Under the pieces are notes generated by a model. It did not search any database. It saw only the letters and a program-made list of their open reading frames with translations, and was not told the DNA's origin. From a bacterium (lineage in GTDB: Bacteria; Patescibacteriota; Microgenomatia; Levybacterales; UBA12049), in the NCBI GenBank assembly GCA_021777565.1, contig JAJYDJ010000002.1, forward strand, positions 5,082-69,081: DNA of 64,000 nt. The letters run 5' to 3'. A program made the translations under genes and the position numbers. Each line of letters starts with the position of its first letter. Within the stretch, counting starts at the first letter, position 1. Below, one piece after another: positions 28,762 to 35,701 of the stretch.

Positions 28762-31155
28762 TTATAGTTTTGCACGAAGTTGAATCTCGCGCTCTACTTC
28801 CATCGCATCACGACCAAATTTGGCTCGTGAAAGTTCTTTGAGTAGCTCTGCTACCTGTGGATTGTCTAGGGATTGCTCTCGTGCCCAATCTTTGTGCGTA
28901 TCAATCGAGAATGGTGTCACTGGGGCCCCATTCACCGTCGTTCTTACATACGCATTTTGTGCATCGATATTGATCAAATCCTGTTCTGAAAAGACTGGTT
29001 GGAACTCATGCTGCAAGAAATTGGCATCCTGAATACCCACACGGAAAGAGACTAAGGTACCTACGTTACCAAAGACAGCATTCTTCACTTCCTCATCCAT
29101 CTGCCCGATAAACTGATTGGCAACCGTTAAGTTAAGACGATACTTACGTGCTTCAGAGAAGATTTGTGAGAAGTCACTGGTTGCAAAGTTCTGGAATTCA
29201 TCGACATACAGGAAGAAGTCTTCACGCTGCTCTTCTGGGATATCCTGGCGCGACAGCGCGGCAGCCAAAATTTTTGGAATTAAGACGAGCCCTAAGAAGT
29301 TAGAATTTTCTTCCTGCAATTTTCCTTTAGACAAATTCACCAGAAGAATTTTTTTGTTATCCATCACATCACGGAATGTAAAGGCACTTTTTGACTGACC
29401 GATGATGTTTCGCATCAGCTTATTCGTTGTGAAACGGCTAAATTTGGACACGATGTAATCCAAGACTTCTGATTTATGGAAATCACTGGTCTGGGCAATC
29501 TGGTCTGTCCAATATCTCTTAATAATTGGGTCGGTCACTTTAGGTAACAGTTCCTGGACAAACTTTGAGTCAGTCAAAGCGCGTTGTACCTCGATGAACG
29601 TCCCACCTGGCTCACTCATGACCGTTAACATCACGTTTCGAATAGCGTGCTCCAGTCGGGGCCCGACAATACCGGTCTTGTGTGGATCATAGAGTTTGTA
29701 AAACAATCCGATGATGGATGACACCATGTAATGCTTCTCCATCTCCCCATATGCTTCCATAATGTTAAGCCCCATGGGACGATTTTCATCAGATGGATCA
29801 AACACAATGACATCATTTGCACGGCTTGCAGGGATACGAAGCAGTAGTTGTTCTATCAAGTCGCCGTGTGGATCAATTACACACACTCCACGCCCTGCCT
29901 CAATATCCTGCAAAGACAGTGATTTCAGCAGTTGTGATTTCCCTGTACCACTTTTACCGATAATATATAAATGTCTTCGTCTATCATCCAAGTCCACATA
30001 GACAGGTCTGGTCGCGCCGCGGAACGTACTGTTGCCGATGAATGTCCCTTGCGTTGCGATCTGTGTTGGGGCTGGAGCCCGCTTACTGGTTAGCCAGAAA
30101 ATATGCGGTGTCGTGATACTACGATTTGGGAAATGGAAAAGCGTGGCCAATTCTTCTGATGACATTACTGAAGTTTGATCATGCATTGGCCAGTAGCGAT
30201 ACACAAAATCTTCTACAACCAAGTTCTTGAAGAATGGTTTTACTTTCTTAAATGAGTTGGCACCACCGAACTGACCAAAGGTACCGGTGATATTTGAGAG
30301 GTGCTGATTGGCTCTTTCCTGAGACTGTGCTGATACCACCACGCGCACCACCACATCAAATCCAGGCTTACCGATCTTATTCTCTACTCCTTCGAGTTCT
30401 TTTGGGTCGACACCATATTTTGCTGTCTCTGGATTGGCCTCTCTTTTTTTTGTTTGGGAAATAAACTTGCGGCCAAACTTCTTCCACTTATTATCGGAGG
30501 CACTTACCATGATCTGAATCGCTGCTCCCTCCCCTTCTTCCATCTTGGCAAGGGTCGAGGTAAGAAGAGACATGCCATCCACCGGCATATCCTTAAAAAG
30601 CTTAATTGGCTGATATTTCTGCCCTTTTAATTTGAGCGTCGCAAAGGCCACCTTGCCTGTTTCTGAGAATATATTGTATTCATTTCCAATAATCCTCTTT
30701 TGTTGGGGATCTTTCTCATCAACGACCCGAATGTCCGCGTCTGGGTAGGTCGCATTGATCTGTTTCTCTACCAAATCACGCAATTTATTTGGAGTATAGA
30801 CATAGAACCTGATATCTGAGGGTTGGCCTACTATTTCAAATGACACAAATGGCTGTGGAGAGAGAAAAGCAAATCGTCCTCCCTTACGAAGTGAGGCAAG
30901 TCCTGCAAAAAGCTGTTCTGCGGCATCGATCTTATACTCATTCTCTCGAGGAACCGCAATTTGCAAAAGAACTGAGTCCAGTGACACTTGTTCACGCTTT
31001 CGATATTTATATAACAGGAGCAACACATATCCCCCGTAGTAACAAACCGTCCCAGTAACAACACAGGCAGCAAGCACGCCAACCGCAATCAAGAGTGCAT
31101 TAACCAGTGTTTCTGGATTAAAGATGAGTGGTAGGAGGTCGGTAATGTTATTCAT
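28762..31155 (-). CDS. Membrane-anchored FtsK/HerA/VirB4-superfamily ATPase (DUF87-type P-loop; T4SS-like or DNA-translocase-like)
   Basis: Two N-terminal TM helices. Walker A IIGKSGTGKSQLL followed by VIDPHGDL (HerA/VirB4-type). Walker B LYVDEFQNF. ARKYRLNLTVANQ arginine-finger-like region. Confidence 0.65.
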   Translation of the reverse strand: MNNITDLLPLIFNPETLVNALLIAVGVLAACVVTGTVCYYGGYVLLLLYKYRKREQVSLDSVLLQIAVPRENEYKIDAAEQLFAGLASLRKGGRFAFLSPQPFVSFEIVGQPSDIRFYVYTPNKLRDLVEKQINATYPDADIRVVDEKDPQQKRIIGNEYNIFSETGKVAFATLKLKGQKYQPIKLFKDMPVDGMSLLTSTLAKMEEGEGAAIQIMVSASDNKWKKFGRKFISQTKKREANPETAKYGVDPKELEGVENKIGKPGFDVVVRVVVSAQSQERANQHLSNITGTFGQFGGANSFKKVKPFFKNLVVEDFVYRYWPMHDQTSVMSSEELATLFHFPNRSITTPHIFWLTSKRAPAPTQIATQGTFIGNSTFRGATRPVYVDLDDRRRHLYIIGKSGTGKSQLLKSLSLQDIEAGRGVCVIDPHGDLIEQLLLRIPASRANDVIVFDPSDENRPMGLNIMEAYGEMEKHYMVSSIIGLFYKLYDPHKTGIVGPRLEHAIRNVMLTVMSEPGGTFIEVQRALTDSKFVQELLPKVTDPIIKRYWTDQIAQTSDFHKSEVLDYIVSKFSRFTTNKLMRNIIGQSKSAFTFRDVMDNKKILLVNLSKGKLQEENSNFLGLVLIPKILAAALSRQDIPEEQREDFFLYVDEFQNFATSDFSQIFSEARKYRLNLTVANQFIGQMDEEVKNAVFGNVGTLVSFRVGIQDANFLQHEFQPVFSEQDLINIDAQNAYVRTTVNGAPVTPFSIDTHKDWAREQSLDNPQVAELLKELSRAKFGRDAMEVEREIQLRAKL

Positions 31156-31672
31156 TGGTGTTCCCTCTTATTTTAAACACTTTTGAGAAAAGTGTCGCGA
31201 GCCAGGTAAGAGAATTAGTGACAGATGGCTTTTTGCCCAGTGCCTGCATGACTTGTTGTGCTTTTGCTTGTGACTGAGCAGAAGGGACAGGGGTTGATAC
31301 AGGAGCCGCGGTCTGCACTGCTGGTATTGCATGCGATTGGTGACCGGCAAGATCTTGCAACTTACTCTCAAGAGCTTCCACCTCTTGCTGTCGTTTCTCC
31401 TCACTCTCCTCGGCCTTTTCCTTATCAGCAGTCTCCTGTGCTACAAATACTTCCTGAACGATGTCTTGAAACGCTGATTGAAACTCTGGAGAGACAGCAG
31501 GCAGAGGCCCTGATTCTGGATTTAAATATTTTATCGATGTATTGGGATCATTATCTGGGACATCAACTGGTATCGGTACTGTTGGGTCCTGGAACACCCT
31601 TACACTGGTATCGGTCTGTAAAGACGCAGCATGTTGCACCTGAGAAGGAGCTGTCTGGCCTGTGTTTTCCAT
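31148..31672 (-). CDS. Acidic hypothetical protein, translationally coupled to the ATPase
   Basis: Its stop overlaps the ATPase start (31148 vs 31155). Glu-rich coiled-coil segment. No known domain. Confidence 0.45.
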   Translation of the reverse strand: MENTGQTAPSQVQHAASLQTDTSVRVFQDPTVPIPVDVPDNDPNTSIKYLNPESGPLPAVSPEFQSAFQDIVQEVFVAQETADKEKAEESEEKRQQEVEALESKLQDLAGHQSHAIPAVQTAAPVSTPVPSAQSQAKAQQVMQALGKKPSVTNSLTWLATLFSKVFKIRGNTNE

Positions 31673-31777
31673 ATCACTATCATAGCAATCGCCTGCCTAG
31701 AAGTACAGTATACTGATCTGAAGTGATCCATTGACACATTTTGTTTCTCTTGTACAATAAAACTAACAAGTTAACAA

Positions 31778-31932
31778 AGATCCGGGGTTCAGATCCCGGT
31801 CGATCAGGGGAAACGTGGTGAAATTCCACGGCTGTGCCGCAACTGTAAAGCCAGACTGCCTGAATCTTTGCATTGTCCTCGAGCACAGGATGTACTGTCC
31901 AAGACCTTCTCGCTCAGCAGAAGGTTTTTTTG
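31778..31932 (+). promoter_or_regulatory. Cobalamin (AdoCbl/B12) riboswitch with a terminator expression platform
   Basis: Conserved core GGGAAACGTGGTGAAATTCCACGGCTGTGCCGCAACTGTAAAGCCAGACTGCCTGA (GGTGAAATTCC, CCGCAACTGT, B12-box-like AGCCAGACTGCC). It ends in hairpin ccttct/agaagg plus T7, 25 nt before the ATG at 31957. Confidence 0.75.
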
Positions 31933-31956
31933 TATCTAAGGCTTGAGGGAAAGCAT

Positions 31957-32526
31957 ATGTACAAAAAAATCTTTTCGCCACTGAGTGTTCTTGCGTTTGT
32001 CAGTTTTTTACTGGCAGGCAGCTCCTTCTATATTCTTAGTGCACATCCGAAAGTTCTTGAGGCGACGATCGAAAAAACCATTACGGTTACAACAACACCT
32101 GTCCCCACACAAGCTACCCAAACTATTACTGCTATTGCATCTGCGCCAACAAGTCTGCCCCAACCGACAACAACTCAGTCGACAACGACTATCGTGACGC
32201 AACATACCACCACCTCAACAACTGTCAGCCAGTCAGGTCCTTATGTCGCACTCAGCCTTCATGTCGGGAGTAATCTAACCACCTGGGCAGTAAGCCTCTC
32301 TGGCACCCAGACTCCTTGCTCTATTCTGCAAGCAGCCAAAGATCAAGGGAAACTCTCCTCGCTTACCATCCAGCACTACGGTGCTCCGCTCAACAGTGAT
32401 TACGTAAAAGAGATAAATGGCAATTCTGACAATTGGACATTTACGCTCAATGGAGACAGTAAAAACATGGGATGCTCTTACTATTCACTCAACTCAGGGG
32501 ATACTGTCGTCTGGAGTTATCAATAA
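31957..32526 (+). CDS. DUF4430-domain secreted protein (beta-domain homologous to transcobalamin / intrinsic factor; putative B12-binding)
   Basis: N-terminal TM/signal. C-terminal QAAKDQGKLSSLTIQHYGAPLNSDYVKEINGNSDNWTFTLNGDSKNMGCSYYSLNSGDTVVWSY is DUF4430-like. Immediately downstream of the B12 riboswitch. SD gaggga is correctly placed. Confidence 0.65.
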   Translation: MYKKIFSPLSVLAFVSFLLAGSSFYILSAHPKVLEATIEKTITVTTTPVPTQATQTITAIASAPTSLPQPTTTQSTTTIVTQHTTTSTTVSQSGPYVALSLHVGSNLTTWAVSLSGTQTPCSILQAAKDQGKLSSLTIQHYGAPLNSDYVKEINGNSDNWTFTLNGDSKNMGCSYYSLNSGDTVVWSYQ

Positions 32527-34412
32527 CGTTTTATATGAAGCAATCAATGATAAAAAAAACAACAAGTGTCATCCTGAACATAGTGCGCCGCTACTATGTA
32601 GCAAGTGCCCTTGGGGTAAAGGATCTTTATTTAAAAAGAAGAGATTCTTCGCTCAGATTCACAAGCGCTCAGAATGACAGCATCCGACTGCTGGGAATCA
32701 TATTTTTTGCTTTATTTTTCTTAGCATCTGCTACACCGGCACTTGCTGACACCATCACCGTACATGTCGCAATAATCGATAGCACCAAAACAATTTTTTA
32801 TGGCAATGTAAATGTCGATAGTACTGGCTGCAGCGTAAAAGACACTACCAATGTAGTTCACACCTTCACTTCCCCCCTGACTGTCTGCGCCTTGGATAAA
32901 GCAGCACAAACCGGGAATTTCATGTATCAAATTGAGAATTCTTCTTTTGGGCTTTTCATCCAAGGGATTGCCAGTGACAGTGGCGCCGCTGATTTCTCTA
33001 CCTACTGGTCCTACGATGCCAGTCGAACCCTTGCCAATGTAGGTGTCGCTGATAGCACGGCGATCTTACAAAATGGTGATTGGTTGTTTTTTCATTTTGA
33101 CCCAATGGATAATAAGACGAAGGCAATTCAGTATGGCCTCGCCTATCTCAAATCACAGCAGGATAGTACCGGTAAGATCGCAGGATATGATTTCTCAACA
33201 TCACAGTTTGATGGCGCGAGCTCCTGGGCGACGCATGCCTTTGTGGCAAATGGAGTAAGTGATTTGAGCACGATCAAACTCGCCAGTGGCACCTCCCTTC
33301 TTGATTACCTGTCTTCACATAATCCAACACTCAGCGACAAAACAACTGACTGGGCCAAACATATTCTGGCCATTGTGACCGCAGGACAGGACCCATACAC
33401 CTTTGGTGGTATCGATTCAGTGAGTCAGCTTGAGACCTATACTAACAACAACCAACTCGGGAGCACAACCGCACTCAATGATGATGTGTTTGGCCTGCTT
33501 GCGCTCACTGCGGCACACGTTAGTACTGATAGCGCTGTCCTTAACGATTCTTTAAACTTTGTTCTGACACATCAGAATGGTGATGGCGGCTTTAGCTACT
33601 CGGCAACAGGAACCAGTGATGTCGATGATAGTGCCTCTACCCTCATGGCACTGGTGGCAGTGGATAAAAGTGGCCTTTCCAGCGCCTCTCTCTCAGCAGC
33701 TATTGTTCAAACCCAGCAATACTTGCTTGGCAAACAAAATGCCGATGGAGGGTTCCCTTCCGACCCATCATACGATCCCTCTTCCAATACTTCCAGTACT
33801 ACGTGGGCACTGATGGCACTACGATCACTTGGCCTAAGTGATAGTCATGTCACAACAGCAGAAAGCTTTATCGAGAAGAATCAATATCTTGGAGATGGCT
33901 CATTTGCCTGGCAGCTTGGAAGTCCAGCTGCAACAGGAGACACGGACACCTCTTCCTATGCCCTGATGGCCTTAGCGGGCAAATCATGGCCGATGACTAT
34001 CTATCAAGGCGCTATTCCAGCCCCAACACCTACCAGCACCCCATCTGGCACCATCACACCGACTCCTACTCTGACACCAACACCAACTCCTGTACCCAAC
34101 ACCCCCACCCCTACGCCTACACCCCAATCAACAACCACAACGACGACGACATATACCACTACCTACGTCACGCCAACGCCAGGCCCGACAGTAACTGCAC
34201 CAGTGGTATCAGCATCGACACTTTTGTCACCTACCCCAACCACAGCACCACTTCCTGGTGTGCTTGGAGCACAGACAATGACGTTGCCACAAAAAGTTAT
34301 TACCACTCAAACACAAGGATTCTCCTTCCCTAGCATGTTCCTGGGAGCAGGTTTTGCCTACCTGAGTATGTTTGCCCTGGAGTTAATGAAGAAATTTTCC
34401 CTATTCAAATAA
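32472..34412 (+). CDS. Secreted alpha/alpha-toroid repeat protein (prenyltransferase / squalene-cyclase-like repeats) with a Thr/Pro linker and C-terminal hydrophobic anchor. Start codon uncertain.
   Basis: Repeats include GDGGFSYSATGTSDVDDSASTLMALVAV, QNADGGFPSDPSYDPSSNTSSTTWALMAL and GDGSFAWQLGSP..DTSSYALMALAG. Signal-like LLGIIFFALFFLASATPALA follows the MITE-encoded segment. PTPT-rich linker. Confidence 0.6.
   Translation: MLLLFTQLRGYCRLELSITFYMKQSMIKKTTSVILNIVRRYYVASALGVKDLYLKRRDSSLRFTSAQNDSIRLLGIIFFALFFLASATPALADTITVHVAIIDSTKTIFYGNVNVDSTGCSVKDTTNVVHTFTSPLTVCALDKAAQTGNFMYQIENSSFGLFIQGIASDSGAADFSTYWSYDASRTLANVGVADSTAILQNGDWLFFHFDPMDNKTKAIQYGLAYLKSQQDSTGKIAGYDFSTSQFDGASSWATHAFVANGVSDLSTIKLASGTSLLDYLSSHNPTLSDKTTDWAKHILAIVTAGQDPYTFGGIDSVSQLETYTNNNQLGSTTALNDDVFGLLALTAAHVSTDSAVLNDSLNFVLTHQNGDGGFSYSATGTSDVDDSASTLMALVAVDKSGLSSASLSAAIVQTQQYLLGKQNADGGFPSDPSYDPSSNTSSTTWALMALRSLGLSDSHVTTAESFIEKNQYLGDGSFAWQLGSPAATGDTDTSSYALMALAGKSWPMTIYQGAIPAPTPTSTPSGTITPTPTLTPTPTPVPNTPTPTPTPQSTTTTTTTYTTTYVTPTPGPTVTAPVVSASTLLSPTPTTAPLPGVLGAQTMTLPQKVITTQTQGFSFPSMFLGAGFAYLSMFALELMKKFSLFK
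32578..32688. repeat. MITE-like repeat copy 2 (GTCATCCTGAAC ... GCTCAGAATGAC), embedded in the 5' end of the 32472 ORF
   Basis: About 85% identical to copy 1 over the shared module. It is read through in frame (SVILNIVRRYYVASALGVKDLYLKRRDSSLRFTSAQND). Confidence 0.6.
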
Positions 34413-34495
34413 TCTCATTTCGCGCTCTGCAACAAGTGCGTCAAACTTTTTTTATGAGCGATTTTAGGGGGAACCGAAGAGAAAGTACAGAGAAT

Positions 34496-35041
34496 TTAGC
34501 CTTTCCAAATCACTTCTTCCTGACCTTCTGTGTGATTCACCAACCGGGCACAGGTAAAAAGATAGTCTGACAGACGATTGAGGTACTGTAATATCTCAAG
34601 AGCAACTGTTTCTTTCTCATGTAGTGCCACACTACTTCGCTCTACTCGTCGAGACACAGCACGCGCATATTGCAGCAGTGCCGCTGCTTTCGCTCCACCA
34701 GGGAGAATAAAATTCTTCAGCTCAGCAAGCTTACCGGTCATTGTGTCGATTTCTTTTTCAAATTCACTGGTACGGGCTGTTAATGTCTCTAGAAACGCTG
34801 TATCAATAGGCGCCACAGGATTGGCAAGAACTGCGCCAATTGCAAAAAGATCCTTCTGTACCTGTGAGAGCATGACGCGTTGAGAATAGGACTTGGGAAG
34901 TTCGCTTATGACAACCCCCAAAAGACTGTTAAGCTCATCTATATCCCCATAGGTTTGAAGTCTGATATGCGCTTTTGAAACGCGAGAGTTATTAAAGAGT
35001 GCAGTTGTTCCCTTATCTCCAGTTTTGGTATAGATAGGCAT
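34496..35041 (-). CDS. ATP:cob(I)alamin adenosyltransferase, PduO type
   Basis: MPIYTKTGDKGTT...ILPGG...AALLQYARAVSRRVER. Start taken at the internal Met. Confidence 0.8.
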   Translation of the reverse strand: MPIYTKTGDKGTTALFNNSRVSKAHIRLQTYGDIDELNSLLGVVISELPKSYSQRVMLSQVQKDLFAIGAVLANPVAPIDTAFLETLTARTSEFEKEIDTMTGKLAELKNFILPGGAKAAALLQYARAVSRRVERSSVALHEKETVALEILQYLNRLSDYLFTCARLVNHTEGQEEVIWKG

Positions 35042-35073
35042 ACAGGCGTGAAGTGCGTCAAGCATGTGTAGGA

Positions 35074-35610
35074 TTATTTACTAACCTTTGCAATTGCTTG
35101 CCCTTTTACTAAGTGTAACACGAGCTCATAACTGCCAAACAGTACCCCTGCATAGAAGAGATCGCCAACGAGGGTGTTTCTAAAGAATGGTACTCCCATC
35201 GCGTAGCATGTCATGAGTCCTGAGAGAGTGTGTGGATACATATTCCCCATCACCCAGACACCGAAATTCGTTACGGTAAAGAAAATAACTGAAGACAGGA
35301 GTGTCACGCCAGTGATGTTGATAAAGGACTTGTGATTTCTTACAAGAAGTCCCAGAAGCCCACTCACAAGGAAACTTCCATACACAAATGGCATAACGTT
35401 ATGGAACCCGAGAAATATGTCTGAGAGAAACATCGCAACCAGTGGAACGATAAGTGCATACTTCTTGTTCAAGTATACTCCACCAAACAGTGCCATAGCA
35501 GCAATTGGAGCAACATTTGGCATGTGTGGGACTAGTCGCAAGATGACTGCGAGAGCGATAAATAGAAGTGGATTGATAAGCTTTTTCATAGGACTTGTGC
35601 GATTATACAT
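35074..35610 (-). CDS. Small 6-TM membrane protein, ECF-transporter S-component-like (candidate cobalamin S-component of CbrT/BtuM type)
   Basis: About 178 aa with six predicted TM helices. Sits between pduO and nrdJ. No ECF A/T genes are adjacent. Confidence 0.45.
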   Translation of the reverse strand: MYNRTSPMKKLINPLLFIALAVILRLVPHMPNVAPIAAMALFGGVYLNKKYALIVPLVAMFLSDIFLGFHNVMPFVYGSFLVSGLLGLLVRNHKSFINITGVTLLSSVIFFTVTNFGVWVMGNMYPHTLSGLMTCYAMGVPFFRNTLVGDLFYAGVLFGSYELVLHLVKGQAIAKVSK

Positions 35611-35616
35611 GAGTGT

Positions 35617-35682
35617 GTCATTCTGAGCAACGCGAAGAATCTTGCTTTATAAAGAGTGATCCTTCGATTCTCTCAGGACGAC
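35617..35682. repeat. MITE-like repeat copy 3 (short form, GTCATTCTGAGC ... TCTCAGGACGAC)
   Basis: Same TIRs and internal CGAAGAATC...GATCCTTCG palindrome but lacking the AGTGCGCCGCTAC module. Lies 6 nt upstream of the 35610 start codon and 19 nt past the nrdJ stop. Confidence 0.55.
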
Positions 35683-35701
35683 AAAATATATTTGTTATGA
35701 G

